Counted from the stretch's first letter, positions 16,759 through 26,210 are shown. The stretch is DNA of 31,861 nucleotides from an uncultured Gammaproteobacteria bacterium (GCA_964364695.1 CAYIMZ010000001.1:1-31861); one strand, 5' to 3'. Translations and numbers: made by a program. Notes: generated from the letters alone by a model not told the origin.

Positions 16759-19700
16759 ATGAACCATTCATTCTTCCCTGTGCTCTCCATTTCAAAAATT
16801 CTCGTGATTGCGGGCGTATTTGCGCTATCGCTTTTTGTTGGCGCGCACGCGCAGGCTGCTCCAACGATTTCTGCAAAGAATGAAATTCATACTTCCTATT
16901 CGGCCAGCGGCCAACTTGCATCTTCTGTTCGCGCCGAACCCGGCGATACTTTGATTTTTCAGCTGTTCGGAAACGGCACTTCAGCTTCAAGTTTTATACT
17001 GACATTGCCTTCTGACTTAACATACTCAAGTAATACAGCCAGTTTGACGATTAGTCCGTCTGCTTCGGTTAATATTAGCGGACAGACTATTACATGGAAT
17101 TTTTCCACTAACAGTTTCCAAGTGGTTCAGTTTAGGGCAACAGTTGCTTCTGGATCTAGTTTAAGTACCAGTCATGGCTTGTCTGTCACTTTTTCAACGG
17201 ACACAGCTGCGTCTCCATCCACCCCAGTTACCGTGACAACCGGGCCGATCGTGACCGGCATTACGCCTTCAACCGGCAATAACTCAAGCGCGGTTTCTAT
17301 TACTTCCATCAACGGGCACGGATTTACGGGCGCAACCTCGGTGACGCTTTCATTGGACGGTACTGCCACGAACCACACCTTTGATCTCACCGGAGCAACC
17401 ATTACCGACACCTCAATTTCCGGAGGCCACATCAACGTCCCTGACGCATTTGCGGCAGGTTCGTACTGGGTGCTCGTCACCGTCACTTCAAGCGGGAATG
17501 CGCTTGTCACCAATGCCGATACAACCGAAACCGTAAAGTACACCGCGACCGACGGCATTCCTCCGACCATGAGCACTGGTTCAAATTCCTACGTGCACTC
17601 AACCGGCGTGCTGACGCTCAACTTCAATGAAACCATTGATGTGTCCGCAACTGACGCAACCAAGATCACTTTGGCGGACGCTTCAAGCGGCGGAAACAGC
17701 CTCACGCTCAATGCGAGCACTTCTGTTTCAACCACTGACAGCTCCCAGGTTGCATTCACCTTGGTTCAGGCTGACCGGAACTCCATTTCCACCTGGGGCC
17801 AAACCGTGAATACGCTGTACGTGCACATCAACGGCAACGGTATCTATGATACCAGCGCAAACCCGCTTTCCAACCAGGGGAGCAGGACTGCTTTGGACAC
17901 TTGGACCGAAGATACTGTGCAGCCAACCGCTTCCATCGCCTATACCCAATCAAGCGCGACGGTCACGTCCGCGAAAGCAGGTTCGCTCACCATTACCGTA
18001 ACGTTCAGCGAGCCGCTCGCAACTACCCCGAAGATTGCTATTGACCAGCAGGGCACCACGGACATTGCCGCCACCAATCTCACTGCAGGTTCGGGCAATG
18101 CCTGGACCTACGCGTACACGGTTGTGCTGGACAATGCGGCCGCGTATGTGGACGGAACCGCGACTCTCACCATAAGCTCTGCCACGGACTACGCGGCCAA
18201 CGCTTTGGGCACGGTGACCGGCGCTACATTCACCATTGATACGCTTGTCCCGAGCCCTGCTATCACGACACTCGCGGGAACTTCAAGCGGCCAGACCGCA
18301 GCAAACTTCAGCTGGACTCCCACGTACTCTGCGAGCGATTTTTCAACCTATAAATTCTACTGGCGGACAACCAGCGGCGTTACGAGCGCGAACGGAACGC
18401 TGATTGACAAGAACACGTCCGGCTACTCAAACCTGGGCACAGCGAGCACCTCGTCGCTTTCGCTTTCAGGCCTTTCCGCAGGGACAAATTATTACGGCGT
18501 CATCTACATCTGCGATACCGCGGCAAACTGCTCGGCGGTGTCCAATGAGGCGAACGCGCGAACCCAGGATAACGCAGTGGTGACTGCGCCGGTTTCGGGT
18601 GGCGGGGGAGGCGGCTCTACCAGCACCCAAACGACCACGTCTTCCGCAAAAACCGTTTCATCCGACGGGGGTTCCTTTACCACAACGCTTCCGAGCGGTA
18701 CCACGGCCACGGTGAGCGTTTCAGAAGGCACGTTTGAAAGCTCAACTACCATCACGGTTTCAGAGGCTACGAGCTCCCAGATTACAAGCGCCCCGCTCGC
18801 TTCGTCCGTTGGGTCAGTGATCGGCTCAAGCATGGTGAACATTGCGGCTGCGAGTTCCGGCGTTCCGGTAACGAGCTTCAGCCAGCCCGTGACGCTTGCG
18901 TTTGCGTACACTGCCTCCCAGCTCGGCACCACGGACGCCTCCAAACTGCGCGTGGCATACTTTAACGAAACCACAGATGAATGGGTTGCCTTAAACTCCA
19001 CCATTAACGCCGTAACGCGCACCGTGACTGCGGACACTGGTCACTTCACTCTGTTTGGGCTCATCAGCTTTGTGAATCCGCCTGCGCCTGGCACCGAAGA
19101 CACGTCAGCCCCTGCAGAAGGCGAAGGCCAGGTCCTGGGCTCAACGGTCGGCGTGTACCCGAACGGCACGCTCTTGAAGGCTCCGAACGCGGCTGCGGTT
19201 TGGCACATCTCTGGCGACCAGAAGCACCTCATCAAGTCAGCTGCAATCTTTGAATCGCAGTTCAGCTGGAACGACATCATCACCATTCCTTCTAGCCGCC
19301 AGATTGACCTCTACGAGCAGGGCGCAGACGTAAAGTTTGGCGCAGGCGCTTTGGTCAAAATCATGGCAGAGCCGGCCGTGTACCGCGTTTCCGGCACCGG
19401 GGACATTGCCCCGATCCTTTCAGAAGCGGTATTTACGGGCCGTGGCTACTCATTTGCGGATGTGGTTGAGGCCGAAGCAACGCTGCTTGCGGATTACCCC
19501 AAGATTGGGGTGATTGATTCAATTAGCGCGCTCTACACCGGAGATTTGGTCAAGCTCGCGTCCTCGCGCGCGGTGCACTACGTTGAAAACGGCAAAGTGC
19601 GCGTGATTCCGTCCAGCGCCATATTCCATGAGCGCGCATTCAAGTTCTCAAACGTCCGAACCATCGCCCAGGAACAGTTTGCCAGCCTCGCAACTGGCAG

Positions 19701-19920
19701 CGCCTTGACGTATCCGGACGGCACGCTCGTGAAGGGCGATTCCGCGTCCGTGTACGTGGTTGCTGACGGGAAAAAGCGTCCTATAGTATCGGGCGCTGAC
19801 TTTGAGGCTTTGCTCTACAAGTGGCAGAACATCGTGTATGTCCCCGAATCGTTGCTTGCGGCGATTCCTGAAGCAAGTTCGCTCAAGCTCGTGATGTATG
19901 ATACCATTATAGAGCCATGA
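16759..19920 (+). CDS. Large Ser/Thr-rich surface protein (DUF11-like, IPT/TIG, Ig, FN3, ZU5-like) with four C-terminal CPR-type repeats
   Basis: Signal peptide; AEPGDTLIF; PIVTGITPSTG; LSAGTNYYGVI; YFNETTDEW...GHFTLF; four repeats of the type YPDGTLVK...VYVVADGKKRPI. Confidence 0.78.
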   Translation: MNHSFFPVLSISKILVIAGVFALSLFVGAHAQAAPTISAKNEIHTSYSASGQLASSVRAEPGDTLIFQLFGNGTSASSFILTLPSDLTYSSNTASLTISPSASVNISGQTITWNFSTNSFQVVQFRATVASGSSLSTSHGLSVTFSTDTAASPSTPVTVTTGPIVTGITPSTGNNSSAVSITSINGHGFTGATSVTLSLDGTATNHTFDLTGATITDTSISGGHINVPDAFAAGSYWVLVTVTSSGNALVTNADTTETVKYTATDGIPPTMSTGSNSYVHSTGVLTLNFNETIDVSATDATKITLADASSGGNSLTLNASTSVSTTDSSQVAFTLVQADRNSISTWGQTVNTLYVHINGNGIYDTSANPLSNQGSRTALDTWTEDTVQPTASIAYTQSSATVTSAKAGSLTITVTFSEPLATTPKIAIDQQGTTDIAATNLTAGSGNAWTYAYTVVLDNAAAYVDGTATLTISSATDYAANALGTVTGATFTIDTLVPSPAITTLAGTSSGQTAANFSWTPTYSASDFSTYKFYWRTTSGVTSANGTLIDKNTSGYSNLGTASTSSLSLSGLSAGTNYYGVIYICDTAANCSAVSNEANARTQDNAVVTAPVSGGGGGGSTSTQTTTSSAKTVSSDGGSFTTTLPSGTTATVSVSEGTFESSTTITVSEATSSQITSAPLASSVGSVIGSSMVNIAAASSGVPVTSFSQPVTLAFAYTASQLGTTDASKLRVAYFNETTDEWVALNSTINAVTRTVTADTGHFTLFGLISFVNPPAPGTEDTSAPAEGEGQVLGSTVGVYPNGTLLKAPNAAAVWHISGDQKHLIKSAAIFESQFSWNDIITIPSSRQIDLYEQGADVKFGAGALVKIMAEPAVYRVSGTGDIAPILSEAVFTGRGYSFADVVEAEATLLADYPKIGVIDSISALYTGDLVKLASSRAVHYVENGKVRVIPSSAIFHERAFKFSNVRTIAQEQFASLATGSALTYPDGTLVKGDSASVYVVADGKKRPIVSGADFEALLYKWQNIVYVPESLLAAIPEASSLKLVMYDTIIEP

Positions 19921-20834
19921 ATATTTTAGAAGTTTCTGGCCTCAAAAAGTCATACGGAAAATTTGATGCCCTGAAGGGCATTTCTTTTTCCATTGGCGCC
20001 GGCGAAATCCTCGGATTTTTAGGGCCGAACGGGGCAGGCAAGACCACCACCATCCAGATCATACTGCAGATCATCACCCCGAACGCGGGCGAGGTGAAGC
20101 TCTTTGGTATGGACGCGTTTAAAAACCGGGAAGTAACGCTACAGCGGATGAACTTTACATCCGCGTACGTGTACTTGTTCGGGTCCCTCACGGTGTGGGA
20201 AAACCTCAAGGTGTTTGCCATGCTCTACGGGGTGAAGGGTACGGAGCGCATCACCAAACTTTTGAAAGAGTTCGAAGCAGAGGATTTGAAAGACAAAAAA
20301 GCAGTCACCTTGTCTTCGGGCCAACTGACCCGGGTCATGGTTGTGAAAGCGCTGCTGAATAATCCCGAACTGCTGCTGCTTGATGAGCCGACGTCCAGTT
20401 TGGACCCGGACATTGCCGAAAAGATGCGCGAGATCCTCAAGGAAGTGCACAGGACGCGCAAGGTTTCCATGCTCTACACCTCGCACAACATGGCGGAAAT
20501 AGAGCAGATGTGCGACCGCGTGATATTCCTTTCCAAGGGGGAGATTGTGGCCAATGATACGCCCGAGAAGCTCACAAGCCTGATCCCGAACCACGATTTG
20601 CGCGTGACGTTTGAGGATGACCCCCGGGAACTGTCGGAGTTCTTAAAAGAGCACCGCATCGCCGGGAAAATTTCCGACCATACGCTGCACGTAGTCGCGG
20701 AAAACGAGGAGATTCCGAACATCCTGGGCAAGCTCTATTCGTCCGGAAGGCGCATCCGGGACATAAGCATTGACGAGCCGGACCTGGAAGACGTATTCTT
20801 AAAGATCGCGCGCGAAAGCGCCGCTAAAAAATAG
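19917..20834 (+). CDS. ABC-2 type exporter ATP-binding subunit
   Basis: GPNGAGKTT, LSSGQ, LLLDEPT; ATGA overlap with the upstream gene. Confidence 0.92.
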   Translation: MNILEVSGLKKSYGKFDALKGISFSIGAGEILGFLGPNGAGKTTTIQIILQIITPNAGEVKLFGMDAFKNREVTLQRMNFTSAYVYLFGSLTVWENLKVFAMLYGVKGTERITKLLKEFEAEDLKDKKAVTLSSGQLTRVMVVKALLNNPELLLLDEPTSSLDPDIAEKMREILKEVHRTRKVSMLYTSHNMAEIEQMCDRVIFLSKGEIVANDTPEKLTSLIPNHDLRVTFEDDPRELSEFLKEHRIAGKISDHTLHVVAENEEIPNILGKLYSSGRRIRDISIDEPDLEDVFLKIARESAAKK

Positions 20835-20835
20835 C

Positions 20836-21630
20836 ATGAAGCTGCACCGGATAAACGCAATCATCCTGCACCACCTCTACTTCTGGAAGAAGTCAGTGCC
20901 GAGGTGGCTTGATATTTTGTACTGGCCCGTGGTAACGCTCTTGGTGTGGGGGTTTATCACCACGTTTCTGCAGAAGGGGCAGTCGGGGGAGGCGGGTACT
21001 GCGATTCTTGGCATGTTCCTCGGCGGCATCACGCTGTGGATGCTTTTCCAGCGCGCACAGCAGGACATTGCCATCTCGTACTTGCAGGACATATGGAGCC
21101 GTTCCATCGTGAATTTGTACGTGTCTCCCATGACCAACGCGGAGTTCGTTGTCGCGTCTATCCTCGTGGGAATCATTAAGGTAATCATCACGCTCGCGGT
21201 GATGGGCGTGTTGAGCGCGGTGCTGTACGGCTTCAACATATTCACGCTCGGATTCAGCCTGATTCCGTTCACCGCTCTTTTGCTTATTTTCGCCTGGGCA
21301 CTGGGGCTGTTCATCACCGGGGTGGTGTTTAGGTTCGGCACGGACGCGCAGGTGTTGGCGTTCGGGGCAAGCTTCATCTTGCAGCCCATTGTGGCCGTGT
21401 TCTACCCGCTCTCCATTCTGCCGGAGTGGGTTCAGCCCATAGCGCTCGCGTTTCCGCTCACACACATTTTTGAGGGCATGCGTGCCGTGCTCGCAACCGG
21501 GCGCATTCCGGTTGATGCGCTGCTCTGGGCTGCCGGGCAAAACGCGCTCTACCTCTTATTCGGGGCGTGGTTTTTCGGAAAAATGTTCAGCCACGTCAAA
21601 ACAAAAGGCTTACTCGCGAAACTGGAGTAG
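20836..21630 (+). CDS. ABC-2 type exporter permease (NodJ-like)
   Basis: Six hydrophobic segments; NLYVSPMT..EF; VFYPLSILPEWVQPIALAFPLTHIFEGMR. Confidence 0.9.
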   Translation: MKLHRINAIILHHLYFWKKSVPRWLDILYWPVVTLLVWGFITTFLQKGQSGEAGTAILGMFLGGITLWMLFQRAQQDIAISYLQDIWSRSIVNLYVSPMTNAEFVVASILVGIIKVIITLAVMGVLSAVLYGFNIFTLGFSLIPFTALLLIFAWALGLFITGVVFRFGTDAQVLAFGASFILQPIVAVFYPLSILPEWVQPIALAFPLTHIFEGMRAVLATGRIPVDALLWAAGQNALYLLFGAWFFGKMFSHVKTKGLLAKLE

Positions 21631-21633
21631 CCT

Positions 21634-23142
21634 ATGCCGCGGCTCTCGCACAAGCCTTTGTACCGATTTTTGGAAACCATACCCGCAATTCTGGTGTGGG
21701 GGACGTTTATCGGCTCCGCGGTCCTTTCGTTCTACGCTCCGCTCGCCGCGATCTACATCATCATACTGTTTGATTTGTACTGGCTCATCAAGGCAATCTA
21801 CTGGCTCGTGTACCTGTTCAATTCCTACCGCAACTTCAGGCGCGACACGAGCATAGACTGGCTTGCCCGGTTGCGCGCCGAAGACCCGGTGTCGCAGGAC
21901 GGCAGAGGGTCGCACTGGGGCGATCTCTATCACCTGATTTTTCTGCCTACGTACCAGGAATCTTTTGAGCTGGTTGACACGACGTTTCGGGGACTTGTCG
22001 GGAGCAACTACCCTGCAGACAAGTTCATGATAGCGATCGGCGTTGAGGAGGGGGACAAGGAAAACGGGCTTGCGATCGCGGAGCGGATCCGCGAGAAGTA
22101 CGGCAGCAAGTTTTTCAAATTTTGGGTTACGGTGCACCCCAAGGGCTTGCCGAACGAGCAGCCGGGCAAGGGCTCAAACGACGTGTGGGCGGCCCGGCAC
22201 GTGAAAGAGGAAATTGATACGCTCGGCATTCCGTATGAGCGCATCATCGTGTCCGCGTTTGACATAGACACGATCGTGCACAAAGAGTACTTCGGGCATT
22301 TGACGCACAAATTTTTGACGCACGAGAAGCCCCACAACACGAGTTTTCAGCCCGTGGCGCTCTTCAACAACAACATCTGGCAGTCCAACCCCATCACGCG
22401 CACCATTTCAAACGGCACCACGTTCTGGCTCTTAACGGACCTCTCGCGTCCGGACCGTTTGTTCACGTTTTCCTCGCACAGCATGAGCTTCAAGACCCTG
22501 GTTGCGGTCGGGTTCTGGGAACCGGATATCGTGACCGAGGACTCGCGCATCTTTCTGCAGTGCTTCCTGCACTACAACGGCGACTACACCGTGACGCCCA
22601 TGTACGTGCCCGTGTCCATGGACACGGTTGAGACCGGCTCGTTCTGGGGGAGCCTTGTTGCCGTGTACCGGCAGCAGCGCAGGTGGGCCTGGGGCATTGA
22701 GCACTTCCCGTACATGGTGTGGCACTTCCGCGGCAACAAGAATATCCCGTTTTTAAAAAAATTCAAGTACTTCTTTAACGTGGCGGAGGGCATGTACTCC
22801 TGGGCAACCGCGCCTCTGCTCATTATCATTTTAGGCCGCCTGCCGCTTTACTTTGCGGATCGCGCGACCCAGGAAACCGTGATCGCGCAGAACGCGCCTT
22901 TTGTGCTGGACTGGCTTCTCACCACCGCGCTCGTGGGGCTATTCGCGACCGCCATTCTCTCCGTTGTCCTCCTGCCGCCTGCGCCGAAAGGGGAGAAGTA
23001 CCGCTACCCCATTATGTTCCTCCAGTGGATTCTGTTTCCGGTGAACATGATTCTATTCGGCTCAATTCCCGCCATAGAGGCCCAGACCAGGCTCGCAACA
23101 GGCCGCTACCTCGGATTCAACGTGACGAAGAAAAATCGGTAA
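21634..23142 (+). CDS. Processive family 2 glycosyltransferase (cellulose-synthase-like), multi-TM
   Basis: FLPTYQE, FDID (DxD), TED, QQRRW (QxxRW), with flanking TM helices. Confidence 0.88.
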   Translation: MPRLSHKPLYRFLETIPAILVWGTFIGSAVLSFYAPLAAIYIIILFDLYWLIKAIYWLVYLFNSYRNFRRDTSIDWLARLRAEDPVSQDGRGSHWGDLYHLIFLPTYQESFELVDTTFRGLVGSNYPADKFMIAIGVEEGDKENGLAIAERIREKYGSKFFKFWVTVHPKGLPNEQPGKGSNDVWAARHVKEEIDTLGIPYERIIVSAFDIDTIVHKEYFGHLTHKFLTHEKPHNTSFQPVALFNNNIWQSNPITRTISNGTTFWLLTDLSRPDRLFTFSSHSMSFKTLVAVGFWEPDIVTEDSRIFLQCFLHYNGDYTVTPMYVPVSMDTVETGSFWGSLVAVYRQQRRWAWGIEHFPYMVWHFRGNKNIPFLKKFKYFFNVAEGMYSWATAPLLIIILGRLPLYFADRATQETVIAQNAPFVLDWLLTTALVGLFATAILSVVLLPPAPKGEKYRYPIMFLQWILFPVNMILFGSIPAIEAQTRLATGRYLGFNVTKKNR

Positions 23143-24022
23143 GTTTGAAATCCGGGTGTCCGCGCTTGAATTTTTCAAACGGCATCCGCTTTCTGCCTTC
23201 AAGCTGGACTTCTTCCGGAGTGCCGTCTTTTGCAATTGACCAGATAATCAGCTTTTTGCCGCGCCAAGAGGTCCACGCGCCTGGCCAGGGGTTCATGGCC
23301 CGCACCTGCGCGTTGATTTCGTCAATAGCCTTTGACCAGTCAATGCGGCCATCCTCTTTGGTCAATTTTTTGGTGTACGACGCTTGAGAGTCGTCTTGAG
23401 GTTTTGGTTTGACGCGGCCGGCAATGTAATCAGGAAGGGTTTTGATGAGGAGTTCTGCGCCGAGTTGCGCGAGTGCATGGTGCAGCTCACCGGCAGTCAG
23501 AGCGCTGATAAGATTGCTTCGCTTCGCTCGCAATGACATCTTGGCCTGCGCCACAATGGGCCCGTGGTCCATCTCATCATCCAGCTTCATTAGCGTGGCC
23601 CCGGTTTCTTTGTCTTGGTTTAGAATCGCGGCCTGCATGGGGGAGGAGCCGCGGTATTTCGGCAAAAGAGAGGGGTGGATGTTGAGGATGCCAAGCGGAA
23701 ACGCGTCAATCAATTCTTTGGGAATGATTTCTCCGTACGCCACGAGAATGCCTAATTCAGCGGCCTCGACGCCAGAGGCGGCGTGGACGCTTTCCCCTGA
23801 AGCGGCGAGGCCGCCTCTGGAGTCCACGCCGCTTATGACATCAATCCCTGCCTCAAGCGCAACTTTCTTGACGGGCGAGGGGACTGCTTTTGAGTGGTGC
23901 CTGCCGACTGGCTTGTCTGGTTGGGTCACGACAAGTGTGATGCGACAAAACGGCGCCTCTATAAGCGCCTTAAGAGCGGGGACCGCAAAATCCGGAGTTC
24001 CGAAAAACGTGACGCTCGTCAT
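23117..24022 (-). CDS. fmt: Methionyl-tRNA formyltransferase with two palindrome-derived segments
   Basis: FFGTPDFA, VVTQPDKP.GR, LVAYG, NIHPSLLPKYRGSSP, MDHGP, KLTKEDGRIDW, RAMNPWP. Confidence 0.95.
   Translation of the reverse strand: MTSVTFFGTPDFAVPALKALIEAPFCRITLVVTQPDKPVGRHHSKAVPSPVKKVALEAGIDVISGVDSRGGLAASGESVHAASGVEAAELGILVAYGEIIPKELIDAFPLGILNIHPSLLPKYRGSSPMQAAILNQDKETGATLMKLDDEMDHGPIVAQAKMSLRAKRSNLISALTAGELHHALAQLGAELLIKTLPDYIAGRVKPKPQDDSQASYTKKLTKEDGRIDWSKAIDEINAQVRAMNPWPGAWTSWRGKKLIIWSIAKDGTPEEVQLEGRKRMPFEKFKRGHPDFKLTDFSSSR
23511..23538. repeat. AGATTGCTTCGCTTCGCTCGCAATGACA palindromic repeat half-unit, in frame in fmt
   Basis: Encodes MSLRAKRSNL on the minus strand; ATTGC/GCAAT stem around a CGCTTCGCT core. 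Confidence 0.75.
23768..23824. repeat. Extended hairpin in frame in fmt
   Basis: CCAGAGGCGGC (23772-82)/GCCGCCTCTGG (23810-20), inner CGCTT/AAGCG stem; encodes DSRGGLAASGESVHAASGV. Confidence 0.7.
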
Positions 24023-24510
24023 AACTTCATCGCATGCAAGCTTTTTTCGCCTTTCGTGATTTTTGACGCGCGTTCAATGAACAGGATGCCCCGCATGTGG
24101 TCAATCTCGTGCTGCAGGACCCGAGCGAACAACCCGGTTGCCTTTATCTTCTGCTCCGTGCCCGAGAGGCCCGTAAACCGCACCTTGATTTTTTTGTGCC
24201 GCAGGACTTGCCCGAACACGCCGGGAATTGAGAGGCAACCTTCCTCGCCTTCTTCCATTTCCCTTGACGCGGAAAATATTTTTGGATTGATGATTACCAG
24301 ATGATCTTCAAGTTCTTTGTCCGCGTCCTTGTGGATGATGGCCGCGCGCACGCTCGTACCCACCTGCACCGCTGATATGCCAATGCCTTTTTCCGCCTGC
24401 ATGGTGTCTATCAAATCCGAACACAATTTTTGTACAGCCCCAACATCGCCAACTTTTGCTGACGGTTCGTTGAGTCGCGGGTCTGGGTAATACACTAATG
24501 GAAGATTCAT
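24019..24510 (-). CDS. def: Peptide deformylase
   Basis: GIGISAVQVG, EGCLS, HEIDH; start MNLPLVYYPDPRL at 24510 overlaps the priA stop (ATGA). Confidence 0.95.
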   Translation of the reverse strand: MNLPLVYYPDPRLNEPSAKVGDVGAVQKLCSDLIDTMQAEKGIGISAVQVGTSVRAAIIHKDADKELEDHLVIINPKIFSASREMEEGEEGCLSIPGVFGQVLRHKKIKVRFTGLSGTEQKIKATGLFARVLQHEIDHMRGILFIERASKITKGEKSLHAMKL

Positions 24511-26210
24511 AGTACGTTTTCCGGGTCCCGGTCTATGGCCCAGTCCGGGCTCACGTCCCAAAGGTCCGGCAATTGCGCGTTAGGGGGTAGTTTTATGAGC
24601 AATGACTGGCGGTTGCTATGGTCCGTAAACGGGCCTGTCGCGTTCGGAAGGCGGCGCTTGAGTTCGCCGGCCGCTTTTCCGTCTTTGCCGCGGTACGAAA
24701 GTTTAACCAGTTTGGAAAAGGGGGGATAGGAGAGTTCGCGGCGAGACGCGAGTTCATCTGCCGCAAACGCTTCAAACTCTCCGTACGCGAATGCCCTGAC
24801 TGCCAAGGAGTCAGGAGAATAGGACTGGAGGATGATGCGCCCAAACCCCAGTTCCTGCGCCAGCATCTGCCAGTGCTTGAGCCGATAGTAGACCCGTTCC
24901 GGGGAACGGTAATCCGGAATCGCGAGCATCGGCTCAATAGAGGCACATACGAGCAATCCGAGTGAACTGCGTTCAGAACTCAATTTCAGGCCTTCCAGGA
25001 CGCGCGGCGTAGCAACCAGAACTTGAAATTGCTCTTCTGATGCGCTCACTTTACAATTTTTCAGCTCTTGCGTCAATATTTCCAAAATGCTTTTCACGGA
25101 CACACCCCCCCTTCTCCCCCCCTTACCAAGGGGGGGATTGAGGGGTGGTTCCTCGCGCAGCGCGATAACCACGGCTTTCTTGTGTTGGCTAAGGGTTTCT
25201 TGAATCGCTTCTAGAGTCGCTCCCGCAATGGCGGAAAAGTCGCGGCGCGACATTTCGTTCTTCATATCAACCAATGACACGGAAAGTTTCTGCCCGCGCG
25301 CCGGAGGAAACAAGAGGGGAGTTGTACGCTGTTCGGCAATAATTTCCGAAGATGATGCAAACAAAAGTTTGGATTCGGTGATGCTGGCAAGCCAGGATGC
25401 GACAATGCGGCTGTCATATTTGGGATGTTGGTCGTACTGCTTGAAGTCCTCGCTCGTCGCGTCAAAAAAAATTATGTGCGAGTTTTCGCGGATCGGCAGA
25501 AACACGCCCTGGCGGGTTGAGAGGATGACGCGCGCGGATCCGGCCATAATGTTTTGGTACGCGTTCCAGTACTGCCCGAGGCTCAAGCGGCTATGGATGA
25601 CTGCGAGTTCGTCCGAACACATTTTGTGTACGCTTCCGGCAATGCCGTCTATCATGTCAAGTGTTGGGACCAGCACGAGCAACTGGGATTGTTCCCCCTG
25701 CTTTATGAGGTGAAGGAGCAGCCATACAAATGAGGACACGTCCTGGATGGTCAAAAAACGCGCTGACGAAATGCTCGCCGCCGCTTTTTTTAGTTGAAGA
25801 AGCTGGCTGGAGGATACGCTGAACGGAACGTCATTACCACCCCCTCGCCCCCTCCTTACCAAGGAGGGGGAACGTGGTGACGCGCGTTCGGGGCGCTCCG
25901 GAACCATGAGCCGCGCAACGCTGCCGCGGGTCACGAAATAATATGCGCTGAACTCTTGTATCAGCGCGAGCTGGCTCGCGGTCAGAACCGGTTCGCTCCC
26001 GATGACCGAATCAACGGGCCGGGCCCGGAAGCCCGTTCTCTCCTGCGCGGGCGCCACATCCAAGACAACTCCCGCGACTTTGGACGCGCGGAACGGAATG
26101 CGCACCAATGAGCCGGGCAAGACGCTCTGCCGCAGCTCATCCGGAACAAAGTAATCAAACACATCCGTGCTGGACGGCAGGCGGATCAGGGGAGTTACTT
26201 TTGCAATCAT
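24507..26210 (-). CDS. priA: PriA-like primosomal protein, degenerate (no Walker A/B, no Zn-binding Cys-rich region)
   Basis: N-terminal FDYFVP...PGSLVRIPF 3'-DNA-binding domain, HSRLSLGQ...W, ILSTRQGVFLP, FKQ...PKYDSR, C-terminal ELASRRELSYPPF. Confidence 0.8.
   Translation of the reverse strand: MIAKVTPLIRLPSSTDVFDYFVPDELRQSVLPGSLVRIPFRASKVAGVVLDVAPAQERTGFRARPVDSVIGSEPVLTASQLALIQEFSAYYFVTRGSVARLMVPERPERASPRSPSLVRRGRGGGNDVPFSVSSSQLLQLKKAAASISSARFLTIQDVSSFVWLLLHLIKQGEQSQLLVLVPTLDMIDGIAGSVHKMCSDELAVIHSRLSLGQYWNAYQNIMAGSARVILSTRQGVFLPIRENSHIIFFDATSEDFKQYDQHPKYDSRIVASWLASITESKLLFASSSEIIAEQRTTPLLFPPARGQKLSVSLVDMKNEMSRRDFSAIAGATLEAIQETLSQHKKAVVIALREEPPLNPPLGKGGRRGGVSVKSILEILTQELKNCKVSASEEQFQVLVATPRVLEGLKLSSERSSLGLLVCASIEPMLAIPDYRSPERVYYRLKHWQMLAQELGFGRIILQSYSPDSLAVRAFAYGEFEAFAADELASRRELSYPPFSKLVKLSYRGKDGKAAGELKRRLPNATGPFTDHSNRQSLLIKLPPNAQLPDLWDVSPDWAIDRDPENVL
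25102..25149. repeat. G/C-run palindrome copy A, in frame in priA
   Basis: CCCCCCCTT-ACC-AAGGGGGGG with a GGGGTGGT flank; encodes PPLNPPLGKGGRRGG. Confidence 0.8.
25836..25878. repeat. G/C-run palindrome copy B, in frame in priA
   Basis: ACCACCCCCTCG-CCCCCTCCTT-ACC-AAGGAGGGGG-AACGTGGT; encodes SPRSPSLVRRGRGGG. Confidence 0.8.

Noticed and set aside
21880-21915. Weak hairpin within the GT2 gene (EDPVSQDGRGS) as another in-frame palindrome insertion
   Set aside because: Only 5 bp stems and no similarity to the other repeat families; could be chance
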